A DNA stretch of 61,183 nucleotides, filler included, from Candidatus Woesearchaeota archaeon (GCA_047603125.1; 8 parts of 8 records of this genome joined end to end with filler, not necessarily neighbours in it), one strand, 5' to 3'; shown: positions 1-9,655, counted from the whole stretch's first letter. The notes: a model not told the origin generated them from the letters alone. Program-made: numbers and translations.

Positions 1-120
1 AATACATACTTGGAAATTACAAGGGAAAAATATCTTTCAAAATCTAAGAATGGTAAAGACCTGACTTTTTACGTACTCACATGCAAAACCTTTATATGTA
101 GCTACTTTTTCCTCTCTTTT

Positions 121-717
121 ATGATTCAAAAACAATATCAAGATCCAAAGAGTTTGCAAAAGCAGTTTTCTCAGGCAAAACCATTTGCTCACATTGCACT
201 TGCACGTTTTTTTGAAGAGCAAACGCTTCTTGAAGTTTTACAAGCACTCTCAAATGAGGAGTTTGCACATAAAGATAGTGATTTATTTGATTTTTATCAA
301 ACAAACGACTTAAAATATACGCAAAATTCCATTCTCAAAAATTTTATAGAAACGCTTTACTCAAAAGAATTTCTCTCATACATCGAAGAGCTCACAGGAT
401 TCTCCTTAGGTGATACTGTTGATATTGCTGGAACACTCTATCAAGATACAAATTACCTGCTCTGCCATGATGATCAGTTAGAAGGGAGAAAAATCGCATT
501 TCTTATATATTTAAGTGATATGGAGCAGGGCGAAGGAGGAGAATTAAATTTATATGATCACAAGGACGGCACTCCTCAAAAAATACAAAAAAAGATTATC
601 CCAAAATTCAATACATTTGCGCTTTTTGAAGTCACGCCCACATCCTTTCACAGTGTACAAGAAGTCGTTGTTGATAAACAGCGCGTAGCAATCGGAGGTT
701 GGTATCATGAACGTTAA
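121..717 (+). CDS. 2OG-Fe(II) oxygenase, OGFOD1/Tpa1-like catalytic domain
   Basis: LLCHDDQLEGRKIAFLIYL (HxD), FEVTPTSFHSVQEV (distal H), RVAIGGWYH (2OG-binding R); start taken at ATG 121 after a TATA-like TTTATATG. Confidence 0.85.
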   Translation: MIQKQYQDPKSLQKQFSQAKPFAHIALARFFEEQTLLEVLQALSNEEFAHKDSDLFDFYQTNDLKYTQNSILKNFIETLYSKEFLSYIEELTGFSLGDTVDIAGTLYQDTNYLLCHDDQLEGRKIAFLIYLSDMEQGEGGELNLYDHKDGTPQKIQKKIIPKFNTFALFEVTPTSFHSVQEVVVDKQRVAIGGWYHER

Positions 718-1249
718 TCCAGTATATTTACAAGCAAAAACAATTGCCCAAATTCAAGCACAATCAAAGGAAAATGCGCTCATACCAAACATTAAATTAG
801 CTGATTTTTTTCAAGATGATGCGGTGAAAAAACAATTTTTACAAGCCACGTTTTTTGAATTCACTGACCTCTTGCATGGTCAGTATGCATTTGCAAAAGT
901 AACACTGGATTGTCAAAACGCATTAGGGGAATTTTTAGAAAAAGTGCTTTCTGTTAAAGTTACATCCTTAGACTGTGCGGTGTACAAATTAAAACCAGGT
1001 TCGTATTCGTTATTAGTAGATGATGCAAAGCCGCAAACGGGTGTTGATATCATTTTTGATTTTACTGAAAGCTTTGACTCGCGTGCGCGCGCAGAACTTG
1101 TGTATCAAACACCAAAAGATCTCATTGACATACCTGCCCATAATGGCGTGACACTTGTGTGGAAAAAAGATGCGCGTTGGTTTTTCAAATACATGAATCA
1201 TTATGGCAAAGAAAGAATCATTGGTATTGCAAGCATTACAAATGTCTAA
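707..1249 (+). CDS. OGFOD1/Ofd1 C-terminal (non-catalytic)-like domain protein
   Basis: VNPVYL..IAQIQ, KPGSYSLL and NGVTLV..FFKYMNH resemble the OGFOD1 C-terminal domain; overlaps the upstream gene. Confidence 0.65.
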   Translation: MNVNPVYLQAKTIAQIQAQSKENALIPNIKLADFFQDDAVKKQFLQATFFEFTDLLHGQYAFAKVTLDCQNALGEFLEKVLSVKVTSLDCAVYKLKPGSYSLLVDDAKPQTGVDIIFDFTESFDSRARAELVYQTPKDLIDIPAHNGVTLVWKKDARWFFKYMNHYGKERIIGIASITNV

Positions 1250-1901
1250 TTGCTGCTTTGTGTGCTTGTTTTCTCTGAGAGATTTTTTGCAAAATTTTCT
1301 CAATATCATTCCATACTTGATTAATAGTTTTCTCTCCATTAACAATAAAGAGTTTGTGCTGTTTTCCGTAGTATGAAATAAGTGGTTCAGTTTGTTTATG
1401 GTAAACTTTGATGCGATTTGTCACAACATCTCGCGCATCATCTTTTCTTTGAAATAATGTTCCGCCGTGTACATCGACAAATTTTTGTGCAGCCTCTTTT
1501 CCAATAAAACTATGTTGCTTATTATCTAATTCAACCATGTATCGATTGCTTACACGATCAATGATTGTTTTATCTTGAATTTGTATGTCGATAACTGCAT
1601 CAATATGATAAAAAGAATCCAGAAGTTTTGCTTGTTTTACGGACCGAGGAAAGCCATCAAAAAGAAGGTTTGTCTGCGTTTGCCCCAAATGTTCATGAAC
1701 CATGTGCATGACAAGATCATCATCGAGCATATCGCCATGCTCAGTTATTTTTTTTGCTTGCATGCCAAACTTCGTTCGCTTTTTTACTTCTTCGCGAATC
1801 ATATCTCCTGGAGAAACATGGTATAAATCAAAAGAATGGACAATGTGCTCAGCTTGCGTTCCTTTTCCACATCCAGGAGCCCCTATTAAAATGATATTCA
1901 T
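1236..1901 (-). CDS. adk: Adenylate kinase (bacterial-type)
   Basis: GAPGCGKGTQA P-loop, FDGFPRS, QRKDD. Confidence 0.92.
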   Translation of the reverse strand: MNIILIGAPGCGKGTQAEHIVHSFDLYHVSPGDMIREEVKKRTKFGMQAKKITEHGDMLDDDLVMHMVHEHLGQTQTNLLFDGFPRSVKQAKLLDSFYHIDAVIDIQIQDKTIIDRVSNRYMVELDNKQHSFIGKEAAQKFVDVHGGTLFQRKDDARDVVTNRIKVYHKQTEPLISYYGKQHKLFIVNGEKTINQVWNDIEKILQKISQRKQAHKAAIRHL

Positions 1902-1936
1902 AGCTATGAACAGTCGTTGGGGTATATAAATCTTTA

Positions 1937-2335
1937 TTACGACTTGAGCAAGATAACAGAATCAATTTGGGCAATTTGATCAGAATCAATGGTTTGTTTT
2001 CGAAAGAGTCCTGTAGATACGACAATGGAGATGAGTTTCTTTTTCTCATAGGTGACCCCTTTGACTGTTCCTAGTGTTTTTCCCGTTTCAGTTACCACTT
2101 TTCGCCCGATGAGTTTGTCAAATGGCGTTATATTTAAAAAAACGGCCTCCATTCCAATAGTTTCTATGTAGGCAAGCCCGATAAAGAGATCTGGCTGAAA
2201 GAGCCCCATGTCCAGTGTAATACCTGTAATTTCTTTATTTTTTGAGTCAATATGGAGTTTCGTGATTGTTCCCACTATTGCGCCTGCAGGATCAATTGCT
2301 TCTTTTCCTAAAATATCATCACTTGTTATTTCCAT
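1937..2335 (-). CDS. PRC-barrel domain protein
   Basis: Two repeats of xIGKxVxxxxGxxxGxV. Confidence 0.75.
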   Translation of the reverse strand: MEITSDDILGKEAIDPAGAIVGTITKLHIDSKNKEITGITLDMGLFQPDLFIGLAYIETIGMEAVFLNITPFDKLIGRKVVTETGKTLGTVKGVTYEKKKLISIVVSTGLFRKQTIDSDQIAQIDSVILLKS

Positions 2336-2771
2336 TCTCAGTCTCGCTTTGTAAGAGTATATTTTCGTTTGCTACTTTAATTTTTTCTTTTTCAATGTCA
2401 ATTGGTTTTTGAAAGATTCCTTGTTTTACAACAAGATGTGTGAATGTATTTGCATTTGAAACGCGAATTAAGTCAACTACTTTTCCCATCTTTTTTCCTT
2501 GTGGCCCAATAACCTGTTTGTTTAAGAGTTCACTAATTGGATCAATTGAGAGAAAAATAGCATCTTCGGTTACCTTTTCAATTAACGACCATTCTATGAT
2601 GAGGCGACGAACGCCAATGACAACAAGTGCAGTAATGGTGTTTTCATTAAATTGTATATCATTGACTCTTCCAATTGTTGCTCCTTTTTTTGAGAGCACC
2701 TTTTTATGCAAGTATTTTTGTACATATGAAGGGTTCGCTTCTTTTTTTCCTATACTAAAGTCTTTTTTCAT
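2319..2771 (-). CDS. PRC-barrel domain protein
   Basis: LHKKVLSKKGATIGRVNDI and LNKQVIGPQGKKMGKVVD; tandem with its paralogue. Confidence 0.75.
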   Translation of the reverse strand: MKKDFSIGKKEANPSYVQKYLHKKVLSKKGATIGRVNDIQFNENTITALVVIGVRRLIIEWSLIEKVTEDAIFLSIDPISELLNKQVIGPQGKKMGKVVDLIRVSNANTFTHLVVKQGIFQKPIDIEKEKIKVANENILLQSETENGNNK

Positions 2772-2775
2772 ATTC

Positions 2776-3411
2776 TTACCATCCAAAAACTGATCGTAAC
2801 CAGCTAAATAATGAGAGCAATTGCATTCCAGCAATAGCAAGCAATGTAAATTTTATTGTTTGTCCTAAAAATGCATACAGGTACATTTTTTTTAAATTGT
2901 ATCGAAAAACTCCTAAGATTACCATAAATGGCGGTGAAGGAAGGGGGAGTACATTAAAGAGAAAAATCGCTAGCACACCGTGTCGATTTAATCGACCTTT
3001 AAGCGCATAGAATTTTTTTGGTGTGATGACTTTCTTTGCAATTTCGCCAAAATGAGACCCGACCAAATAATTAATATAAAAAGCAGTCATAAGTGACCCA
3101 ACAAAAATGATAACGAGTAAAACAGGATTCATCTTTGAGAGAAAACTCACAAAAATAACCTCCAGAGGTAAAAAGACAAAAAACAATCCACCAAAAAAGG
3201 CTGTGTAGAGTGATCCCAGAGCAGTCATTTGTGTAATATTGAGTTGTACATGACTAATAATACTATAAATCCAGATGAGTCCATTAATTTGCGCATCTCG
3301 CAAGAAGAAAAGTGTGAGAAAAATACCTAATAGAATCCCGAGTGCAACTGCACCCCGAAAAACAAATAATCGTTTATAGGCAAGATTATACGCGTAGATT
3401 TGCTCATTCAT
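2776..3411 (-). CDS. DedA/VTT-family membrane protein
   Basis: Hydrophobic; LPLE, INYLVG, FNVLPLP and LGQTIKF motifs. Confidence 0.7.
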   Translation of the reverse strand: MNEQIYAYNLAYKRLFVFRGAVALGILLGIFLTLFFLRDAQINGLIWIYSIISHVQLNITQMTALGSLYTAFFGGLFFVFLPLEVIFVSFLSKMNPVLLVIIFVGSLMTAFYINYLVGSHFGEIAKKVITPKKFYALKGRLNRHGVLAIFLFNVLPLPSPPFMVILGVFRYNLKKMYLYAFLGQTIKFTLLAIAGMQLLSLFSWLRSVFGW

Positions 3412-3494
3412 ACAGATTTATTGGCGTCATGATTTATAAATGTTGTAATTTTTTTGGGAAAAATGATTTAAACAGGGTTCTCTTCGCCCCATTT

Positions 3495-3824
3495 ATGGTT
3501 GGGAATCAACAACGCGAATTACCCGTATATCGATATCAGTTTTCTCCAGGTACGGGTTTTGCTGATCCTCGTATTGTGTATACATATGGAAATAATGCGT
3601 TTGGTCCTCTTGTTTTGCGTAATGGCGCAGAGATTCCTCATAGCACTTATGGGGTGGCGCACCAGGATACGTTTTTTGAGCGTCTTGGCCTTGAGAGAAA
3701 AAAGAGTATTTGCTCCATTGTTGAGTCGTTGGTTGCTCCAGAAAAAATCCTTCAACTGCATCGCTATAATGCATTTATGAATGGCGCAAATACAATGCGC
3801 GTTAGGCGCGAAAAGAAAAGTTAA
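3495..3824 (+). CDS. Hypothetical protein
   Basis: ORF fills the gap before guaC; start uncertain. Confidence 0.4.
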   Translation: MVGNQQRELPVYRYQFSPGTGFADPRIVYTYGNNAFGPLVLRNGAEIPHSTYGVAHQDTFFERLGLERKKSICSIVESLVAPEKILQLHRYNAFMNGANTMRVRREKKS

Positions 3825-3850
3825 TATAGGAGCATCTATTCCTTTTTTGT

Positions 3851-4927
3851 ATGCGAATCGAATCTGACGTGAAATTTGATTTTGATGATGTTCTTATTCG
3901 ACCAAAGCGAAGTACGCTTGAGAGTCGAAAAGAAGTTGAACTGCAACGTACATTTACGTTCATGCATAGTGGAAAAACATGGACGGGTATTCCAATCATT
4001 GCTGCAAATATGGAGGCAAGTGGAACATTTGAGATTGCAAAGGTGTTTGCAGAGCATAAAATGCTCACAGCCTTGCATAAATTTTATACGGTGGAACAAC
4101 TTGAAGATTTTTTTCAGTCCTTTAAGAATCCGAATTATATTATTTTCACAACGGGTATTCGCGACTTAGATTTTGAAAAACTCGAAGAAATAAAAAAGCG
4201 AGGTTTGGAAAAACAATTTTCTTTTATTTGCCTTGATGTTCCAAACGCATATTTAGAACGTGTTGTGGGAAAATTGCGACAATTACGTTCAATGTTTCCT
4301 AAACACACAATTATTTGTGGCAATGTTGTGACAAATGAAATGACCGAAGAGCTCTTACTCAATGGCGCAGACATTGTCAAAGTTGGTATTGGTTCGGGCG
4401 GTGCATGTTTAACGCGCATAAAAGCTGGCGTTGGGTATCCGCAACTCAGTGCAATTATTGAAACTGCTGACGCAGCACATGGTTTATCTAGAAAACGCGA
4501 AGGTTTGGGTAATGGTCTTATTTGTGCAGATGGAGGAACAGTAAACCCTGCCTGCATTGCAAAAGCAATTTGTGCAGGTGCTGATTTTGTGATGGTTGGA
4601 ACACAGCTTGCAGGATACGAACAATCCGGTGGTGAGCTTGTAGAAGAGAATGGAACACGTTACAAAATGCATTATGGTTCAAGTTCAGATGCGATTATAA
4701 AAAAATATTATGGAAAAATTGCTTCACACAGAGCAAGCGAGGGTCGTGTCTCAAAAGTTCCATTTAAAGGAGATATTTCTTTGTGGATTCAGGATGTCTG
4801 CGGTTCATTAAAGAGCACAGGAACATATATTGGTGCACGAGAGCTCAAAGAATTTTCCAAGAGAACAACTTTCATTCAGGTGAATCGCACCATCAACACA
4901 GCGTTTGCAAAGTTTGATCACTCATGA
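3851..4927 (+). CDS. guaC: GMP reductase
   Basis: DDVLIRPKRSTLESR, KVGIGSGGACLTR, GVGYPQLSA, RASEGR. Confidence 0.93.
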   Translation: MRIESDVKFDFDDVLIRPKRSTLESRKEVELQRTFTFMHSGKTWTGIPIIAANMEASGTFEIAKVFAEHKMLTALHKFYTVEQLEDFFQSFKNPNYIIFTTGIRDLDFEKLEEIKKRGLEKQFSFICLDVPNAYLERVVGKLRQLRSMFPKHTIICGNVVTNEMTEELLLNGADIVKVGIGSGGACLTRIKAGVGYPQLSAIIETADAAHGLSRKREGLGNGLICADGGTVNPACIAKAICAGADFVMVGTQLAGYEQSGGELVEENGTRYKMHYGSSSDAIIKKYYGKIASHRASEGRVSKVPFKGDISLWIQDVCGSLKSTGTYIGARELKEFSKRTTFIQVNRTINTAFAKFDHS

Positions 4928-5427
4928 TTCTTGTCAAACCATTTTTTTGATTTTTTTACTAAGTGTTCTCCAATTTCTCCCCATTGCAAATAGTTTGAAA
5001 AGTCATTTGGTTCTATAAATACTCGTTGCCAACACTCCCCATAATCAGGATCGGGCGTCATTTCTTCTAGCCGAACAAGGCATGCAAATCGTAATTGGTA
5101 TACTATTTCTCCTGTGTCCATATTCTCTGCCTTTTGTATACCGATAAATTTTTTATCAAGTACGACTGCAGTAATTTCTTCATCCAGTTCTCGTGTTAAT
5201 GTATCAAGAGGATCTTCATCTCTTTCTACAGTTCCTCCAGGCATACAAATATCTCCATTTGGTTTTTTTCCTATAATGAGTTTTCCATCTTCAGTATAGC
5301 AAAATCCGTATGCTTGTGTGATTGGGGAGAATTGTGTATAGTCATCTGTGTCTAATAAAGAAAAACGATAGTTGACTCCTTTGTATTTTCTCTTGTTAGA
5401 AAAAATGACTTGTGTGTCATTCATCAT
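4918..5427 (-). CDS. NUDIX hydrolase
   Basis: Nudix box PGGTVERDEDPLDTLTRELDEE. Confidence 0.85.
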   Translation of the reverse strand: MMNDTQVIFSNKRKYKGVNYRFSLLDTDDYTQFSPITQAYGFCYTEDGKLIIGKKPNGDICMPGGTVERDEDPLDTLTRELDEEITAVVLDKKFIGIQKAENMDTGEIVYQLRFACLVRLEEMTPDPDYGECWQRVFIEPNDFSNYLQWGEIGEHLVKKSKKWFDKNHE

Positions 5428-5819
5428 TTATTATCCTCGCTTAATTTTTTGTATAGTGGTTTAAAACAAGCATTTGCAATATCTATTGCATCGCTTACTT
5501 CAGATATAGCGGGCTCATAGCCATAATAATTTATATTATGACGCAACATACGCAAATTTTTTATTGTTTGCAAGGGTCGTTTTGTTTGTACATCAAGTTT
5601 AATTAATTCATCAATAACTTCTATATGATTAGTCTGATGTATACCCATTCTAACAAAAATGACATCACCTAGCATTCGAAAACACTCGTAAATGTTGCTT
5701 GCAATAGTGGAGGCAGAGTCTTGTGTTAATTTTAGTGAAAGCGTAAACTTCATTTTTTTATGTGCAGCTTCAAGTATCGATTGTGCATTTTTAAAATCAG
5801 GTTTTTTTATTCGAGTCAC
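5424..5819 (-). CDS. HEPN-domain protein (toxin partner)
   Basis: RHNINYYG HEPN-like motif; coupled to upstream MNT. Confidence 0.65.
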   Translation of the reverse strand: MTRIKKPDFKNAQSILEAAHKKMKFTLSLKLTQDSASTIASNIYECFRMLGDVIFVRMGIHQTNHIEVIDELIKLDVQTKRPLQTIKNLRMLRHNINYYGYEPAISEVSDAIDIANACFKPLYKKLSEDNK

Positions 5820-6391
5820 GGCTTCACCTCTAAAAAACCATCGAGAAGTATTCCATTTGCAATATTATTAAATAAATTTATGTTTATGTTTTTACGACTA
5901 AACACATGAACATTAACAGGTATATTTTTTCTATATCCCAATTGTGAAATAACGCCCAATTGATATATTTCTAGACCTTTATCATCAATTACTTCAACAG
6001 CGATGTCAATATCGCTAGAGGAAATATCGTCACCTTTTCTATAGCTTCCAAAAAGGATAATAGATTTTGCGTGAGGAATTTGTTCATAAATCAGCGATAT
6101 ACTATTTGTTTGGTAAATATTTTGCAAATTATATGCAATTTTTCTTGAAAAATTATAGCTGTGATTTGGTTTGCACGTAATTTTCCAAATTCTTCCTATG
6201 ATTTCAATTGTAAGAAAACCTTCTTGGGCTAATTGTTTTACTACTTTACTTGCTGTTTGTTTGTGTATTTTTAGTTCTAATGCTAAATCGCTTATACTAA
6301 ATGATTTATCGGGGTATGCAAAATAAAAATAAAGAATTTTCCAATAGGCTTCATTTTCAACAAGATTTTCAAAGACAATTTCCCTTCGCAT
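5816..6391 (-). CDS. wHTH + minimal nucleotidyltransferase (MNT) antitoxin
   Basis: N-terminal wHTH; LFGSYRKG...SDIDI. Confidence 0.85.
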   Translation of the reverse strand: MRREIVFENLVENEAYWKILYFYFAYPDKSFSISDLALELKIHKQTASKVVKQLAQEGFLTIEIIGRIWKITCKPNHSYNFSRKIAYNLQNIYQTNSISLIYEQIPHAKSIILFGSYRKGDDISSSDIDIAVEVIDDKGLEIYQLGVISQLGYRKNIPVNVHVFSRKNININLFNNIANGILLDGFLEVKP

Positions 6392-6395
6392 AAGA

Positions 6396-6459
6396 GAGTG
6401 GTTCTTTAAAGAACTATATAAATGTTTCGAAGAACCATATGGTTCTCATTTGAACCACT
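6396..6459. promoter_or_regulatory. Candidate operator array upstream of the wHTH-MNT gene
   Basis: About five GAACCA/TGGTTC-like half-sites, including palindrome GAACCATATGGTTC, around a TATA-like box. Confidence 0.45.
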
Positions 6460-6464
6460 AGTCA

Positions 6465-6665
6465 TTATTTCCAAAGAAATCGATACGTTGGTCTTGCTCC
6501 AAGCACCAATGAGACTACTAAAAACCATGCCCAATGTGTTTGGATAACCCATTGTGTAAATGCTGGCCAGATTGCAATAATAAAGAGTGTAAAAAAGACT
6601 GCGCTCCATTTTGTTAAAGCAACATCAGCGACATCGAGATTTTTCATTTTTTGTTGGAATGTCAT
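6465..6665 (-). CDS. Small two-TM membrane protein
   Basis: 66-aa ORF with two hydrophobic helices. Confidence 0.6.
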   Translation of the reverse strand: MTFQQKMKNLDVADVALTKWSAVFFTLFIIAIWPAFTQWVIQTHWAWFLVVSLVLGARPTYRFLWK

Positions 6666-6706
6666 AGTGTTATCATCGTGGTTAGTATCTATAAATTTTT
6701 TGCTAA

Positions 6707-6843
6707 AATAGTTAGCGGCAAAAAAAAAGCATAACTCCTTGGCGTAAAATCAAAAATCAGAGTGATTGATGCAGCTCTGATTTTGCAAACTTGACAACTG
6801 TCGAGAAATCGCCGAGTTATGCGAAATTAATGCCATCGACTAA
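6707..6843 (-). mobile_element. MITE type A copy 1 (IS630-like ends)
   Basis: Near-identical to reverse complement of 15584-15719; TA-bounded ends resemble the IS630 left end at 53946. Confidence 0.75.
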
Positions 6844-6896
6844 AAAGGTTATTTCCCTACAAATCTTTATATAATATGATTATTTTCAACTTTTAT

Positions 6897-7502
6897 ATGA
6901 TGGGAAACTTATTTTATCGAGTTGGATCAAGAGAGGAAATAGAACACAGACTGTCTGATCGTAATAGACTTGAAGTTTATTTAGGTCTTGCCCGCTATGA
7001 TGTTCTTATCCGTTTTGACCCAGACAAGCAATTTGCAGGCATTATTTTTGAAGATTCACTGCAAAAAAGCCACCCTATTAGGTCTGCAGCTCCGATTGGC
7101 TTTGATTCAAAAGTACCAGCTTACTTTGCAGTTCATCGCTTTAGTGGAAAAATACGCCTTCCATCAAAGTTACAAACACAACCGTACACGCCCGGTCTTT
7201 CTCAGCAACAATTAGAAGAGCGAGTCGGTTGTGAGTATACCTCGTTTACTTTAGAAAACGAGACGCTTCGTGTTTTGTTATCTTCTGATTCGACTCATCC
7301 TGGTGCTTATGTACTTGAGGGTGTGGATGCTTCTGGTAAAAAAGTATTTTCTCAAAAGGGCTTTGCTGAAGAATTTCGTGTCCCCTTGCATGATGGAACA
7401 TTTTTGCCAGGTTTTTTTGAGTCTATTCAAGTCAGTACAATACCAAGTCTTAGTCATGATATGTGTAATGGATTGTACAAAAGGCCATTTTCTGACATTT
7501 AA
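6897..7502 (+). CDS. Hypothetical protein (paralogue of next gene)
   Basis: Shares GxKVF..EEFR.P..DGTF.PG with 7538..8098. Confidence 0.6.
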   Translation: MMGNLFYRVGSREEIEHRLSDRNRLEVYLGLARYDVLIRFDPDKQFAGIIFEDSLQKSHPIRSAAPIGFDSKVPAYFAVHRFSGKIRLPSKLQTQPYTPGLSQQQLEERVGCEYTSFTLENETLRVLLSSDSTHPGAYVLEGVDASGKKVFSQKGFAEEFRVPLHDGTFLPGFFESIQVSTIPSLSHDMCNGLYKRPFSDI

Positions 7503-7537
7503 GAAATATTTTTATAGTATATGTCGTTTCTTTGATT

Positions 7538-8098
7538 ATGAACCTCGCACAAAGAGCTTTCTCCATTCTCTCTTATAGACCCGTTTCTTTTGAATCTTTG
7601 CCTGTGGCGTTTTCTCTTAATCATGGTGGGAAAACCTATTGTGCAACAACTCGAAAACATCCTGAATCTTTAACAGGTGGGATTATCATGGGGGAAGGAT
7701 ACCATCACTGGAGCTTCTCACCAATAAATCAAGAAAATCCTGCTCCTATTTTCAAACATCGAAGGAAAGATAAATTTATTCTGGATGCGTCTTGTTCTCT
7801 TGCTCCCTATAAAAAGAGTCTTTCTCGTGTTTGTTTTGCAACGCTTGTCGGCCGTCAAATTCCTATTTTTGTTGGATTTGAAAAAGCAAACGGTGTTTTA
7901 GAATATGAACATTTAGAATCACAAAAATACCACATGCTTGTAAATGGAGAAAAAGTATTTACTTGCTATCCGGAAGAGTATAGAAAACCTCATATGGATG
8001 GAACATTTGACCCGGGATTAGAACAACTCCTCACACTTCGTTTTCGCCACATTTCTCAAGAGGTACTTCATGAAAAAAATAATCATCGTAGGCGATAG
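7538..8098 (+). CDS. Hypothetical protein (paralogue of previous gene)
   Basis: GEKVFTCYPEEYRKPHMDGTFDPG. Confidence 0.6.
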   Translation: MNLAQRAFSILSYRPVSFESLPVAFSLNHGGKTYCATTRKHPESLTGGIIMGEGYHHWSFSPINQENPAPIFKHRRKDKFILDASCSLAPYKKSLSRVCFATLVGRQIPIFVGFEKANGVLEYEHLESQKYHMLVNGEKVFTCYPEEYRKPHMDGTFDPGLEQLLTLRFRHISQEVLHEKNNHRRR

Positions 8099-8573
8099 TG
8101 CTATGGGCAAAACAACATTTGCAAAGCGTTTGTCAAAAAAGCTTGGTATTCGTGTCTATTCCACCGATGATGTGTTTTATGTGAAAAAATACACAAAAAA
8201 AAGAAGCGAGAACGCAATTTTGAAAAAAATAAACGAGATTGTGGCTAAAGATTCATTCATACTGGAAGGCTCAACGCGCCGTATTTTACGTCTCGGTTTA
8301 GAACCGGCTGATGTGATTTTTTATTTTCGCTCTACCTCTTTACTTCGCCAGTATTATTTATTGTTTACGCGAAAAGATTCTTCTCAAAATTTGTTTTCAT
8401 TGCTTTCTTTATCCAAATATTTATTTTGCAAACATTTTGGTATTTTAGGTACGCAAAAAGTTTCCTATGAATCGTTATTAAAGCCTTATAGGAAAAAAGT
8501 CATCACTTTTACTAATTTCTCGCAGGTTGATGAGTATTTGAAGAAAATGGTTAACAACAATAAAAAATTATAA
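8070..8573 (+). CDS. P-loop kinase-like protein (FlaR/AAA_18-like)
   Basis: GDSAMGKTTFA, STDDVF, FILEG. Confidence 0.7.
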   Translation: MKKIIIVGDSAMGKTTFAKRLSKKLGIRVYSTDDVFYVKKYTKKRSENAILKKINEIVAKDSFILEGSTRRILRLGLEPADVIFYFRSTSLLRQYYLLFTRKDSSQNLFSLLSLSKYLFCKHFGILGTQKVSYESLLKPYRKKVITFTNFSQVDEYLKKMVNNNKKL

Positions 8574-8765
8574 AGCCTTGGCTAAAAATCAGAATTTCGA
8601 GGAGTTGTTCGCCCGAGAAATTCGCAAGATGAACCGCCGTTCCAAAATTGTCGCATTATGTAAAAATTATCTTGATTTTCACATTTAGAATTCGCTTTTT
8701 TAGAAAGGTCGCAATAGACTTTAACTGAGTAGCGAATTCTAAGTATAATTTACTTCTGTCTAAAA
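8549..8765 (-). mobile_element. MITE-like type C copy 1
   Basis: Homologous to 25096-25202 (AGAAGTAAATTAT, ATCTTGCGAA, GAAATTCTGA, GCCAAG, TATTNTTGTNAACC); carries the shared core and overlaps the stop of the upstream ORF. Confidence 0.55.
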
Positions 8766-8884
8766 TAAACTATGAATAGTTTTATAAGTTTGTAAGGGAG
8801 ATAAACATATAACCCAAGTTTGACAGTTTGTCAACTATTTAGTGCGGGAATTTCATTTGACAGTTGGCTATTTTTTATTAAAAA

Positions 8885-8984
8885 NNNNNNNNNNNNNNNN
8901 NNNNNNNNNNNNNNNNNNNNNNNNNNNNTTAATTAATTAANNNNNNNNNNNNNNNNNNNNNNNNNNNNNNNNNNNNNNNNNNNN
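8885..8984. other. Artificial contig spacer
   Basis: N-run + TTAATTAATTAA + N-run; same spacer at 17190, 25374, 33115, 40688, 47815, 54500. Confidence 0.98.
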
Positions 8985-9272
8985 TCGATACCTCGTTGTC
9001 CAACTTGTACTTCAGCTATACTTACCCAAGTTTGTAATGTTGAGGGTGCTGTTGATTATGGGAAAATATGTAAGTTTAATTCATATTGTGAAGTAATAGA
9101 ACCTATTTATTATTATGGTCAACACTATATGGGTCTAGTTGCAAATCCTGGGAATGAAAAAGATATTTGTTTACGAGTGGATTCTGGCTTAGATTGTTAT
9201 GAAGGAGGAGTTGTTTTAGATGGGTTTGAATGTGGCTTCAGTTCTACTCACTATTATTGGGGAGATCCTTAG
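8985..9272 (+). CDS. 3' fragment of a Cys-rich protein (contig edge)
   Basis: Open frame SIPRCPTCTS...CGFSSTHYYWGDP*. Confidence 0.55.
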   Translation, partial: SIPRCPTCTSAILTQVCNVEGAVDYGKICKFNSYCEVIEPIYYYGQHYMGLVANPGNEKDICLRVDSGLDCYEGGVVLDGFECGFSSTHYYWGDP

Positions 9273-9655
9273 TTTACATTTTTTTATTTATTTTTAATAG
9301 AAATTATTGCTTCCAGTTTTATAGATAATCTGACAAAGCTTATATTTAATAACGGATGCGATAGATAGTAACATTCACGCTATCTCATTCCCAAAAACAT
9401 TTTAAATGCATAGCTTTGAAGAACGTGTATGAAGAAGGTGGGTAATAGATTCTTATTAGAAGCGATGTACTAAATTGAAATTCTTCTGCAAATTGCATTT
9501 TTACAGGGGCGTCTAATCATACTGTCCCATTTGCAGATATTCTCCTAAACATTTTTAAATGTGTTATCCCAAAAAGAACATGTAGATGTTAAATTCGATT
9601 TAGTGTTCATTGCAGCACGTCCGGGATTTAGGCCTACGATTAATCCAGTATTCGA

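Noticed and set aside
6707..6843. Hammerhead ribozyme reading of the MITE core (CTGA...GAAA)
   Set aside because: The CUGAnGA core and required stem arrangement are not met on either strand.
8885..8984. Recurring TTAATTAATTAA palindrome within N-runs (7 times)
   Set aside because: Artificial all-frame-stop contig linker; adjacency across it is not biological.
9273..9655. Long intergenic region with two similar AAACATTTT(T)AAATG motifs
   Set aside because: Consistent with ordinary TATA-like promoters; no convincing ORF or structure.
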